Below, piece after piece: positions 38,611 to 51,974 of a stretch of 64,000 bases of DNA. The notes beneath the pieces were generated by a model. It had not been told where the DNA came from and did not search any database. It saw only the letters and a program-made list of their open reading frames with translations. Source of the DNA: Octopus vulgaris (Eukaryota); the NCBI GenBank assembly GCA_951406725.2, contig OX597827.1, positions 37,882,001 through 37,946,000 of the forward strand, read 5' to 3'. Made by a program: the position numbers and the translations under genes. Numbering within the stretch: position 1 is the stretch's first letter; each line of letters starts with the position of its first letter.

Positions 38611-39588
38611 TATAAAGCATAAACACTTGTATATGGGGAAAAATTTGAAGGGCAATGAACGAAAATCGGTATTCTTCCGACCAGAAAATCATTAATGGTA
38701 ACATAGCTCATGGTCATAAGATTAATATCTCGTGGATTGTTTCTTCAATGATAATACAATTGCTCCTAACTAAAATCGCCTCGCCACGACAGCCCAGTTG
38801 AACAAATCCGACAGAAACCTAATCTTTTTCCCTCGAGGTGTAAATTGGAATACATCATTCAATATACTACGATTTGGGGGCGATGGAGTCGCTGTCTCTA
38901 AAAGACCAAGCAAATTCAAAGATGCCCCTTATCCATTCGTTTTTAGCACTGATCAACAGCTATTGAGAAAACCTATAATTTCAGTCATACCAGGCGTGAC
39001 TATCCTGTCTTTTTACTTTAAGGACTAAATATTAATGTTTACTGTAGTTTTTAATTTTGAAGATATGTGAATTTGGAAGATGTGTCTGTTATAAACTGCC
39101 CTACTACAACGAACATACATTGGATACATGCTGTAACCTAACTTGCATTACAAATAAAGTTTAAACGGAAAGACAGGATGACTTAAGTGACTGAGATATC
39201 GAAATACAATGCTCCACATGCGGGAAGGCGTAAAATATTACCAGTTAAATCAGTGTATTAATTCTACAGTTGAACTGAAAACTAGAAATTATATATTTAA
39301 TAAATTTCTGTTATTAAATAATCATTATTAAAACGCATCTCAGTGATTATGTTAAACAAATGTAAAAATAATAGCATGTAATATACGTCGCTGTCACGCC
39401 GAGAGCCGATCAGCAATGTTTATCAGTTAATAATTCGTAGTTAAATTAAAGCATCTAAAAACAAAAATATATATGAACGGAAGAGTAATATATTAAATTT
39501 ATATCTATATCGATATTTTAACACACAACGCTATATTAGAAGGAAAAATTTAGTTAATTTATGAAGACAATCAAGAATTTAGACATAC

Positions 39589-39670
39589 CTCAGATAACGG
39601 CGCTAGCGGAAGAGAACGAATCTCGTTGTGGACTACTGAAGTCTCGTTACAACAAAATTAACCGGAAGTT
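39589..39670 (-). promoter_or_regulatory. RPS7 non-coding exon 1 with TCT/5'TOP start and upstream ETS site
   Basis: Minus strand reads ttcgttCTCTTCCgctagcgccgttatctgag|gtatgt. ccggaagt at 39662-39669. CpG-enriched. Confidence 0.8.
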
Positions 39671-39779
39671 GGTTACAACGTGCGCCGGTAATAAACAATT
39701 TTTATTTATTGTTTTAAAAAAGTTTTTTTTTATTTTTTAAAGCAAAACGGGATGTTTTGTCAATTATAATTTATTATAA

Positions 39780-39972
39780 GGGGGCGAGCTGGACGAAATG
39801 CTTAGCAGTATTTCATCTGTCTTTACGTTCCGAGTTCAAATTCTGCTGAGATCGACTTCGCATTTCATCCTTTCAGGGTCAATAAATTAAGTACCAGTTG
39901 CGTACTGAAGTCGATCTAATCGACTGGTCCCCTCCCCAACATTTCGTGCCTGTGCCTAGAGTAGGAAAAGAA
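39780..39972 (+). mobile_element. tRNA-derived SINE (family A)
   Basis: ggcgagctgg..gttccgagttcaaat..catcctttcagggtcaataaattaagtaccag. Confidence 0.8.
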
Positions 39973-40478
39973 TTATAATTTATTAAGTTTTAGATTATAA
40001 GGGAAGTTAAATTACTCAAAACTAGAAGTCGAAACGTGGCTTCGTCGCCACCTTGCTCAGCTAGAATTCTTTGTTTAATGTTACGAATGTCTTGCATAGA
40101 AATCTATTTACCACGCCCTGTATTTAGACACCCACACATTTTCCGTTTTATTTCTAGGAAACCGTTAACTGTTGCAGATAGTGTTCTATTTTTATATGAC
40201 ATCAGTGCTAGTTGCTGGCCTCTTAAGACGCCCGACCAGTATTTTAAATACACTCAAGCCTGCTTGCTGCTTAGATAATTTTATCGTCATGCCTTTCTAT
40301 GCTGTGAAAAAAGGACGTGTACCCGGGGTATATGAGACATGGTGAGACAATATTATTATTAATAATTATTTGCACATATAATTTGCCATTAATAGCCGAC
40401 GAGAATGTATTGTAGCTCTTCACCCCGATATTCGAAACTTTGAGTACTATAATGACAACCTTTTACAGTTTGTTCTAA

Positions 40479-40515
<37 letters not shown>

Positions 40516-40839
40516 AGTATGGGGAAATGTTAACTTTCCAACTCTTGAAGTATTTGGTACTAAAAAATAACAATTCAATCTTACAAAGTTCAAAACCTTT
40601 GCGGTTTCATTTATTATTTATATCCCATACACGTGTAAATAATGAAATTATGCTTGGCATTACTCAGACTTTTGGCGGACTTATCCAAAACTCAGTCGGA
40701 CTTTACTGCCACTTAAACACCGGTAGATTTCCGAAACAACGGAGATCAACAGGCGAGTGAAGTGGTCTCGAGATTCCATTTGTTTTCTAGTCTGTCGAAT
40801 TTTCTTATACTGATGGTAAAAGACCAGATGGTATGATTT

Positions 40840-41582
40840 TCTTCACCCGTCAGCAAAAAAAACCCCCACCTGTTGGGTGTTAACAACTGTGTAGAAAACG
40901 AATATGAAAAAAAAAAAAATTTGCGCAAATGAACCGGCGGATGGGAAGAGGACTTTCGGAAAATTCATAAGATCCGATTTTTCCGTCATAACTTTCGGAG
41001 ACTAAAACAACCGTTCATTTTCACGGGGGGAATTTTGGGTCGCAGTTTTTCATAAAAATTTGAAATTAGAATTTGAATTTGTGTTTATTTTTTCCATATT
41101 CTTCATCTCCGTATTTTCCCACGTAGATTGATTGAAAAAAAAAATTCGGAAAAAGTTTAAAAAAAAACTTTAATTTCATATTACTTCGGGAAATTAATCT
41201 GAAAGAAATCTTTACAGAAAGGCGAGTGGATCGATTATATATTTCTTTCGTTATGTTACCGAAGTTTTGCGAGATTTGGCTCTTATTTCTAGCATGTGGA
41301 TAACCTGCTTGAAGGCCAAGGCCGGAGAATAGAGATTTTGAAAATGCGATTTTTGAAATTTTCTTTGCAGAATCGGATCCTCCATAACCAAAGACGTGGG
41401 ATTCCGTAAAAATTTTAAAAAATCAATATATATACATTTTACCGAAAGTTATGATGGAAAAATCGGATCTTATGAATTTTCCGAGAGTGCTCTCCCCCAC
41501 ACCCCCGGATCATTTGCACAATTTTTTTTGTTTTGTCATATTCGTTTTCTACACAGTTGGGTTTTTTGTTAACGGGTGAAGA
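40840..41582. mobile_element. Foldback/MITE with ~150-bp imperfect terminal inverted repeats
   Basis: 40840-40998 is the reverse complement of 41442-41582 (e.g. cggaaaattcataagatccgattttt / aaaaatcggatcttatgaattttccg). Confidence 0.8.
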
Positions 41583-42229
41583 TCTTTATATTAACCCTTT
41601 TATGTGTCCTTACACTGATGGGCACCCTCTACTCTCCAATATAGTACTATGTAAGATTCTTTTGTTACATACCCGGTTCTTTTACTGTTATTGCCGGTTG
41701 GTTTTCTTACTGTTGTCGACAGAACAAATTTCAAAATATTCAGTGTTACCTACCAACTATATTTTGCAACTATTGTTATTGAAACCACTGGTATTTGTGA
41801 GCAAATAACAAAAAGGAAAAAAATAATAAATCCTGGAAACCCTTATTCTAATGACAAAGCACATGGCTCTGTGAAAACCCTTACCAAATTATATTGTTGC
41901 AGACAATTCTGTTACAGTCTCGTCTCCGCTATTGTCTTTTGAAATGAACTGCCCTTTTTGTTAAAAAAAAAAAATTACTATGCACGTATGTTTTATGCCA
42001 ACTGTTCATATATGACAATGGAATTATTTTAAACATTTAGGCTGCAGTGACGAGTGGTTATTTACCTAAATTTAGGGATACGTTAGTTAAAAGTTAGCTC
42101 TACAACCACGTGGGCTCGGAGTTTATATATAAAACCTTAAATTTTCAAAAATGTTTCAGGCCGAAAGCTGCAGCCATGCTGGGGCACCACCGTTGAATGT
42201 ACTACACTAGTATGTGAAACCACCTCTGA

Positions 42230-43220
42230 TACGTGGCACTTGCTCAACAAGTTCGACGCTCCTGCTGAGAAGTAGGTTCATCTGGAACCCCTGACAAGAA
42301 GAGATTGAGTTTAGTTTTAAAGAAACCCACATCCACACCATGCAGGTCTCTGAGGCATTTAGGAAAAATATTGAAGTGCTGTGGTCCCCTGAAACCCAAG
42401 CTGTTGCAGTATCTGGTCCTGTATTTTGATGATGATGTTGGGATTTTTTTTAGCACCATGAAGTGGCGCCCTGTTCTGCTGTTGGGGTAACTTTCAATGA
42501 CAAAATTCGGGACAAGGCCCTCCAGGATTTTCCAGATGTATATCACTGAATATCTCTCCTACCTTCGCTCCAGGGAGAAGAGTTTTAATATTTTCATGTC
42601 AGGGCCCGGGTCATGCACTAATTTTGACTCAGGAATTGCAGTTTTTCCTGGGCCAGTGTATCCAGTTTGCATGTTGTTCAGCTTTGTGTGCCGGTAGCGC
42701 AGGGCTTGGAACTTTCCTGTATTAAACTGCATGTTGTTGTCCTCAGCCGACCTGTATATTGTATCCAACTCCTGTTGCAGATGTGCAATATTTCCAGGGT
42801 TTTGTATTGTCTGAGAGAGTTTTGTGTCATCTGTATAGCTAGCAAGGGTGGCCATCTTAGCAACTGAGGGCATGTCTGAAAGGGCCACTATGAACAGCAG
42901 TGGCCCCAAGACAGTGCCCTGTGGAACACCACTTGTTATTTGTGTTTCCTTGGAGGTGGCTCCATTGGCCATCACTAACTGCCTTCTAGCTTTTAGGAAG
43001 TTGTACAGCCATTCTCCAAGTTTTCCGCCTATGCCGAGATCATGCAGTTTGTGACAGATCATACCATGGTTGACTTTATCAGAGGCTTTTGCAAAGTCAA
43101 GATATATCACATCCACACTCGAGCCATTTAGTAGTGTTACAGGAGCTGTGTTAGACAGCTTCTACCTGGTCAAAATCCATGCTGGGTGTCAGTCAGCAAG
43201 TCATTTTCTTCAAGGAACAT
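42230..43220 (-). mobile_element. CR1/L2-group LINE RT remnant
   Basis: DVIYLDFAKASDKV..SGVPQGTVLGPLLF..YTDDTKL. Internal deletion. Confidence 0.9.
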
Positions 43221-43749
43221 GCATATATGTATATGCATATATATATACATATACATGTGTATATATGATTCCGAAACGCGCGTCTATGGATAATCGGATA
43301 TTGATTGATTTTCGTTACGTTACCCTCTGCCTGGATAAATAGGATTCAAGTATTATGGTTTCTCTGGTAGACCCCTTTTTTTAAGTAGAGGAAATGGCTT
43401 AGATTTTGGCTGCTATTTCTGAATTTCGGTATGTGGTGATGCATTTCTTTTGCTAACCCCTCAATATTAGTATATATATATATATATGTATATATATGAT
43501 CATTGTGGTCCTCAGTAAAGAGTCCTGTGAATTCCATTTTCTGTCTATTTTATATATGTGAAAGCAATTGGTGGTGGGGGACATCTTCTCTGAGCTCTGC
43601 CTATACTGTTTTACATTTATTTACAATATATCCAGGTTTTCTGTTACATTGTAAGGTTTATTTGTTTTAGGTGTAATTGATATTTGTTGTCTCTAAGTGG
43701 GGTGTGGTTGGCCTTTGCAAACATTTCACATGAGTATAAATGGGTGTTA

Positions 43750-43798
<49 letters not shown>

Positions 43799-43806
43799 AT
43801 ACATAC

Positions 43807-44921
43807 ATAGTAGTTGATAGCTTCCGTTACCTAGGTAACCAAGTCAGGAGTGGGTGTGCTGAAAGTGTAACTGCTAGAATAAGAATAGCCTGGGCAAAGT
43901 TCAGAGAGCCCTTACCTCTGCTGGTGACAAAGGGCCTCTCACTCAGAGTTAAAGGCAGACTGTATGATGCATGTGTACGAACAGCCATACTACATGGCAG
44001 TGAAACATGGGCCGTGACTGCTGAGGACATGCGTAAGCTCGCAAGGAATGAAGTCAGTATGCTCCAATGGATGTGTAATGTCAGTGTACATACTCGACAG
44101 AGTGTAAGTACCTTGAGAGAAAAGTTGGACCTAAGAAGCATCAGATGTGGTGTGCAAGAGAGACGATTGCACTAGTATGGTCATGTAGCGAGAATGGATG
44201 AAGATAGTTGTGTTAAAAAGTGCCACACCCTAGTGGAAGAGGTAGACCCAGGAAAACCTGGGACGAGGTGGTGAAGTACGACCTTCGAACTTTAGGTCTC
44301 ACCGAGGAAATGACTAGAGACCGAGACCTTTGGAAGTACGCTGTGCGTGAGAAGACCCGGCAGGACAAGTGAGGCCATAATCCCGTGGCCTCTACCTGGG
44401 ATGTAGCCAGCCCACTTATGCATTCCTTTCCTTCTTTGGACACTAAACTCTGCTTGCGAAGACCTGTTGAGGCAAGTGAAATCAAAATCGAACCAAATTG
44501 AACGACTGGCACCCATGCCAACTTCCCTTCATTGGACACTAAACTCTGCTTGCGAAGACCAGTTGGGGCAAGTGAAATCGAAATTGAACCAAATTCGATG
44601 ACTGGCACCTGTGCCAGTGGAGCGCTAACAGCTCCATCCAAGCAAGATTACTGCCAGAGCAGCTGTCATGTTTCCGTGCTGGTGGGCACGTAAAAAGCAC
44701 CATTTGAGTGTGATCGTTACCTGCATTGCCTTACTGGCACTTGTACCGTGGCACATGAACAAAACATTCGAGCGAGGTCATTACCAGTGCCCCTAGACTG
44801 ACTCCTGTGCAGGTGGCACATAAAAAACACCATTTCGAGTGTGGCCGTTGCCAGTACCGCCAGACTGGCCCTCGTGCTGGTGGCACGTAAAAGCACCCAC
44901 TACACTTTCGGAGTGGTTGGG
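43807..44921 (+). mobile_element. RTE LINE 3' portion with repeat-containing 3' UTR
   Basis: VDSFRYLG..RIRIAWAKF..LYDACVRTAILHGSETW. The 3' UTR holds tandem ggcacgtaaaaagcacc units. Confidence 0.9.
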
Positions 44922-45286
44922 GTTTGTTTAAAGAAGTCTTGCCCTGGTATGTGATGTGTTTTTTATTTTCCCTTGGCGAAGGAGTAATTATCGTAATGCA
45001 CCTTCGTGCATTAAATATGGTAATGAACCCCTGGAATGGCCATAGGGAATGTAAATATGGTTTCTTCTTTTTTTGCTTGGACACTGGCTTTTCATAATAG
45101 GTCTTCCCCTTATCTTAAAAAGTAATTTTTAATTGAAAAAATTTCTAAACGATGAACTTTTATCTTACCATATATATTATATAAGTATATATATATGTGT
45201 ATATATATATGTGTGTGTATATATATATATGTGCACACACACACACACTCATGTGTATTTTACTGTCTTGAGAGGATCGTTACACC

Positions 45287-45317
<31 letters not shown>

Positions 45318-46280
45318 AGTTCAATGCCACTTCTCATACAATGTAAACATGAACATAGTAATAGTGGACTTATGATAATGAACAATATGTCTCCTCTGTG
45401 TGAACTATATGAAATAAAGAGACATGCATAGGACTTCATGCACTGCATGCAGTTCTCTAGAAAGAAATTACATATAAGAATGTCAGTGGAACCTGCCCTA
45501 GACATTGGAGCAGAATACAGAGGATTTGTGACAGAGCAAACACTTGGTATGAAGCAGATGAATATCAGGGAGTGATGTTTGTAGAGGCTGTGCTGCATTA
45601 GAAGTTAGCCCATAAGTTTAGAAAGGCTCTGAAGGACACCATGCTCAATATTAAGATTGTTGAGAAACTAGTGAGATCCACAATTATGAAAGATGTGTCC
45701 CTATGATAAGATCATATGCACTAAGAACTGTAGTTTATACTTTTTACTCCACTATTAACTGTAAGACCAGGAATGTGGTCTGCAGCATAAAATGCATGGA
45801 GATGGTGTACAAGATACATTGGAGAGAGTAAATGGACACTGGTGGAAGTATAATGACAGGAGACAGCCATCTATACTCTATCAACATGGTGGCATGGTTG
45901 ACTGAATTAACATTGATATTTTGTCTAAACATCCAAGAGACCCTTTGCTTAGACAAATACATTAGAATGTCCTCATAAACAAAACATTACCAATACTGAA
46001 TAGAAAATACAGATAATAAGTTGTAGAAATTCAACGTTACTGTTACCACTCATGTAATATGCATACATGGGTGTGTCCATGTGGGTGGATCAGTAGGCAT
46101 GTATATGATGATATAGGCAGGTATAAAAAAGGTTGGGGTAGAATAACAGTAGAATGCAAGTAAGCCCATACAAATAGATACATGTAAGTATGCACAATTG
46201 CACACATATAGGCATGGGTAAGTATAAATAAGGTAGGAAATATGACAGAAGGCTATCAGGGAATGCATACAAATACATTT

Positions 46281-46650
46281 AGGCGTAGGAGTGACTGTGT
46301 GGTAAGTAGCTTGCTTAGGAACCACATGGTTCCGGGTTCAGTCCCACTGCGTGGCACCTTAGGTAAGTGTCTTCTGCTATAGCCTCAGGCTGACCAAAGC
46401 CTTGTGAATGGATTTGGTAGACGGAAACTGAAAGAAGCCTGTCATATATATGTGTGTCTGTGTTTTTCCCCCCAACATCGCTTGACAACTGATGCTGGTG
46501 TGTTTATGTCCCCGTAACATAGCAGTTTGGCAAAAGAGAATGATAGAATAAGTACTACGCTTACAAAGAATAAGTCCTGGGGTTCGATTTGCTCGACTAA
46601 AGGTGGTGCTCCAGCATGGCCGCATTCAAATGACTGAAACAAAAGAGTAA
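46281..46650 (+). mobile_element. tRNA-derived SINE (family B)
   Basis: A/B-box-like head (gtgtggtaag..gggttcagtccc). Related copies near 1020-1150(-), 12720-12850, 50220-50350, 51335-51640 and 63340-63490. Confidence 0.8.
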
Positions 46651-48348
46651 GGAGTATATAGGTGTGAACAGTTCCTATACACATGCGCACATAAACACAC
46701 AGAGGAACACAACCACACACATACATGCAAGCATACACACAGATTCTTGCTTCTTTAAAAAACTGCCAGATATGCACACACACATGCTGGAATACACTCA
46801 GATAATACACACATACAAACATACATACTTACTCACTGAACTGACTCAACCACACAAATATGACTCCTAGACCACACAACTGTGCACGATCAGATGCTCA
46901 CACGTACATCAACCCTGTTCTTCCCTCTCCCTCCCCACATAAAGAACTACACCCTAAACCCATAAATCTTCATATATGAGACCATATATGAGAACAAAAA
47001 GCCAAACCATTAAAGGGGCCATGGATGGCTAGTGCATACAAGTCCTTGGTTTCAGTGGCTATTGTGCATGATTCTGGCTATGAACTGGTTGATCACCATC
47101 CCTATTCTCTTGATCCTATTCTATTGATTTGGATCCATCTGACAATCATTTGTTCCCCAAATTGAAAATTACTTGGCTGGGAACCAGTATCACAGTGATG
47201 ATAATGTCATATCTGCTGTTGACTTTTTTTTATTAACTGGATGAAAACTTCTTCACTAATGGGATCCAAACACTGCAATGTTGATGGAAGAAGTGTGTGG
47301 ACCACAAGAGGGACTATGTTGAAAAATAAATCCCATTTGATCACATTCCATGAGAGTTTTTTGGTTAGCCAAAGAACTTTTCAACTGGTCCTTGGGATCA
47401 GTGTTACTGCAGTAAAATAGATTTATTTTGACCAAACATGCAATATTAGTTATATCACTCTAGGTACTGAGTTCAAATCACGCTGGAAATGTCTTGGCTT
47501 TTTGTTTTTATAGAGTCGGTAAAATAAACAGAAGACATATATTGAAGTATATTGAAGCCAGTGTCCTCCCTCAAAATAGGTGGTATTGTGCTAGCAAGCT
47601 GGCAGAATCATTATTGTGGCAGACAAAATGCTTAGCTGTGTTTTTTCCAGTTTTATGTTTTGAGTTCAAATGTTGCTAAAGTTGATAGTGCCTTTCATCT
47701 TTTTGGGGGTCAATTAAATGACTACCAGTTGAGAATTGGAGTTGATGTAATTGACTAGTCCCCTCTCCTAAAAATATTTCAGGCCTAGTACCTTTAGTAG
47801 AAAGAATTATTTTTTAAATTTTTATTATTGAGCATGTAAGTTCCGTAGCTGCTTATAAAAAAGTTTCTGTTTGAGTTTGTGTTTTATATTTGTTAATTAG
47901 CCCCAGGTCTGCACTGACTAAGTAATAATTACCCCAGAGAAGATTGAGCAACCCCATGTTGAAAATTGTTCTAATCCTGATCATTCCATCTAATTAGGAC
48001 TACATTACCTGGTGTGTCCTTTCCTTTTAAGGTAGTGAAGCATTGAGAAAGATTTAGCTATTATTTCCAGCATGTCAAGCAACCACAAAGAGGTTCCCTC
48101 ATTGGTTTATGTGCTTCAGTTTTAAGTTTCTCCAGTTTAAGAATACCAGGACCACCATCTCACAACCTGGATACCTTTAGTGCAGTCCATTCTGCTGCAA
48201 GCATTCAGAATAAGTCCCCGGTTTAAGGATATCTTGATGTGTTTGCTGCAAACTATGACCCATGGGTTTTTATTTCTACCCCTCCTCCAGTTTTAGGTAC
48301 CCTACAAAAAAAAAAAAAAAATCAAAGACTGTGCCCTTCCTCATCTGG

Positions 48349-48877
48349 TTAACTCTTTAGCATTTAAACTGACCATATCTGGCTAAAATATTCTACCTGT
48401 GTTTTGTTCAAACTGGCTAGATCTTGCCTCTCACACCTACTAGATTTTTAAAATAGACAACCACACCATCAATATCTCAAACCTACAAATAATGCGTGAT
48501 TAATTCAAAACAATGCAAATAAATATGCATTACATTTCACAGTAACATCATTAGCGGAAAGTGTAACCTCTCAAAGGAGCTGTTCTTCACTCCTGCTCCA
48601 GAGCGTCAGCTGCAGGATCACTCCAAAAAGCTCTATCTGCAGCGATTTCATCTCAATCGAAGGAGAGGGGCTTTCTCCGTCCGGTTTGCGGATCCGTGGA
48701 ATAAGCTGCCAGACGAGATAGTGAAGATGCCGACAACCGCTCGGTTCAAAGTCTCTCTTGACCAGAAATGGCATGAACACCACCCTGTACATAACTCCAT
48801 GTCCCCCTACATGGCCTTGCTTTTTGCTTTTTGAGCCAAAAAATTAACTTAACTTAATCTGAATGCTAAAGGGTTAA
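48349..48877. mobile_element. piggyBac-type MITE carrying a ~310-bp GC-richer insertion
   Basis: Ends match 14397-14603. Extra sequence at ~48545-48855. Confidence 0.75.
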
Positions 48878-49570
48878 ACCACACACTTCTACAAAACTTT
48901 AAATATTGAGATAGTTTAGATTCAGTTTTTTTTTTTTTTTTTTTTCATGTGACTGCTGAGATAACTGTTATATTGACTTAAATTCAGAAGAAAGGGGTTT
49001 TGTATGAGTAATAAAAAAAATAGGTGCCCACTCGACTTTGGATATCCTGCTGCAGCTGTTGTTCCTTTTGTGCATTGTCCGTTTTTTTTTATTAGAAGCA
49101 TTCAGTCTGTTTAAATGATTGAATGAAAAAAATTTAACAACCCACTCTGTAAGTTTGTGTTTGTATAATGATGGGTGGAAAAGCCACAAAAACCATAAAA
49201 TCAACAAATTTCTATGGTTTTTATTGTTAGCAGAAATAGGCTGCAAGCACTTTTAGAGCCCCGCCCAGTGAGTGTCGCAAACCTGTCTAATATTTGTAGG
49301 ATATGACAGACTCGTTTCTCTTGTGCCGCTTGTGCGATGACAAAATGGAGTTAATTTATGCTGAGAACACATACTAACCAGCCTGGTGTTGAGTGTAGTG
49401 TTGTCTAGCCCTACACTATGACCAATCACATCTATGCTGGTAGTAACCAAACACCTACATCAGCAGTGATGTAGGTTAAGCTGGTTGTTCTTACTCAGCA
49501 AACCAGTTTGTTTTCTTCTTGCTTTCTGACAGTTTCTAACTTTAAGCAGGAAAAATAAAATTTAAAAAAA

Positions 49571-49702
49571 AGGTGGTAGGATAAGTAGGAGGTGACTATA
49601 GCTGTGATGATGTGGTAGGAGGTGACTATGGTGGTGGGGAGTAAGAAGGGGTGGCTATAGTGGTGGTAAGGTAAGTAGGGAGTGACTATAGTAGTGGTGG
49701 TG
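49571..49702 (+). repeat. G-rich minisatellite, ~4 units of ~30 bp
   Basis: Repeated gtaggaggtgactatagtggtggt-like unit. Confidence 0.7.
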
Positions 49703-51974
49703 AATTGTTTTTCTTATTTACATAAAAACAAGTTTTTATGTTGTTTAACGTGATTGGACAAGCCCCTGATCCAAAGGTACTCTAGGTGACCATCCAAGTT
49801 AGTAGGATTACATTATTTGATGTCATTTATTTACCGAATACAATAAAGTGTGAATTGAGTGAAAATTTCACTGCTACATTTAGCAGGTCAAGTGACCATC
49901 TAGAAGCTTTTTCACAACATAGGTGAAATATATGTTATGGCATTCATGCCTTTCCAAAAGGTATCAGTTATATATGTTAAACAGTTTCAAATAAGAATTG
50001 AAACCATGAATGGCTGCACTACATACCAGCCAAATGATGATGATGCCATGATGTTCATGTCTTTCTCAAAAGTATCAATGATTATTGGAATTGAAACTTG
50101 GCTGTAGAATGAATAAAATGTCAAGCAACCACCACCCTCTAAGATGTTTTTTCATTGTGACTTTGTTCAAAAGTTGTTACAATCAGCAGCATCATCAATA
50201 TTATAATAGGCACCAGCATTGCTGTGTGGTTAAGGATCTTGCTTCCTAACCATGTGGTCTCAAGTTCAATTTCATTATGTAGCAGCTTGGGCAGCCAACC
50301 GAAACTTTGTGAATGGATTCGGTAGGCAGAAAATAGAAATGGCCTGTTGTGTGTGTGCATACATACCCTTATCTTGACATCACATGGTTGTAAATGAGTA
50401 TCACCATCATACATGTTCATTTAATCTTCCATAAAGGAAGGACCTTAGAAATTTTGCCACAACATATTTTGTCTGACCCATGCAAGCATGGTAAAGTGGA
50501 TGTTAAACGATGATGATTTCCATGCTGGCATGGGTTGGATTGGTCTGCTACACAGCAATTGTAATATTATTTAGAAATTATAGGGCAGCAAGCAGACAGA
50601 ATTGTTAGCACACTAGGCAAAATGCTTAGCAACATTTTGTTGATCTTTATGTTCTGAGTTCAAATTCTGCTGAGGTTGACTTTGTATTTCATTGTTTTGG
50701 GGGTCAGTAAAATAAAGACCAGTCGAGAACTGGGGTTGATGTAACTGACATCCCCCACCTCAAAAATGCTGGTCTTGTGCCAAAATTTGAAACCAATATT
50801 ATTTAGAGGTTTTGTTGTAGTCATTCCTGATGTAATTTGTATTCTGTGCAAAAACAGTTCTCAATGGAATCTAAAACTGATGCAGATGACATTGTTCACA
50901 AGAACTTAGGTGTATACCTAAGTACAACAGTTGAGATAGAATAACAACAATCGTGTATGTGAGTAGCTTAGCATGTTATTAATATATAATGCATGACTCA
51001 GGGTGAGGAAGAATGAGGCAGTTAATTGAGAGTGAGTTAAAAGGCTGGGTTTCATAGTTAAGATGTTAACTAGATTTAGCTAAAATGAAACAGAAGTCCA
51101 TATGGCAAACTCATTCAGATGCATTCCAGCATTAAGAAAACTTGTATTACCTATGAACTCACAGGCACACACACACACACACATATGTATATCATAAAAT
51201 ACACTGATATATATATCAAAATTGCAATATGATCTACTGCTGGCTTACTTGAGGGTTTTCTTACATTGTCTGATTTTGTTGTCCTGTACTTTCAGAGATG
51301 TTAACTGAATACATTTGTTTCTTCATATTCAGAAGTATGGCTGTGTGGTTAAGAAGCTTGCTTTGCAACCACATGATTTCAGGTTCAGTCTCACTTCAAA
51401 GCACCTTAGGAAAATGTTAGTGAATTTGGTAAATAGAAACTGTGTTGAAGTACATCATGTATGTGTGTGTGTATGTACATTTTGTATCTCTCCCCTCCAC
51501 TATTTTACAATGAATGTTGATTTGTTTACATCCTTGTAACTTAGCAATTCAGCAAAAGATATGAGTTCTGGAGTTGATTTGTTTGGGTAAACCCTTCAAG
51601 GTGATACCTCGGCATGATTGCTGTCTAATGACTGAAACAAGGAAAAGGAATGATAAATATAAATGATACAATATTTTCACAAGTTGATCTATAGTTTGTG
51701 TGTGTGAGATAGATAGATAGATGGATGGATGGATAGATACGTAAACTTGTTGTCTGGTCAGTTTTATCAGTTATTTGGTTTATTTTATGTTTGGGTGCAG
51801 ACATGTTTTTGTGTAGTTAAGAAACTTGCTTCACAATCTCATAATCCTGTGTTTAATGCCATTGCATGGTACCTTGGACAAGTACTTTTATTGTAGCTTC
51901 TTGTTAATCAGTACTTTATGAATGGAATTTGGTAGAGAGGGAACTGAGCAGTAGCCCCTCGTGTGGTTATATGT

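Noticed and set aside
29608-39588. U17/SNORA73 snoRNA, which sits in RPS7 introns in frog and fish
   Set aside because: No paired m1 (ATATTCCTA) and m2 (AAACCAT) motifs before an ACA box on the minus strand. The ATATTCCCTG near 37340 lacks m2.
44640-44900. Regularly spaced ggcacgtaaaaagcacc repeats resembling a CRISPR array (also 18940-19100, 22020-22190)
   Set aside because: Spacers are similar to each other and the block is the 3' UTR of an RTE LINE in a eukaryote. No cas genes.
45195-46870. Several 60-126 aa ORFs rich in C/V/Y/H/T
   Set aside because: They are translations of (CA)n/(TA)n microsatellites and SINE sequence.
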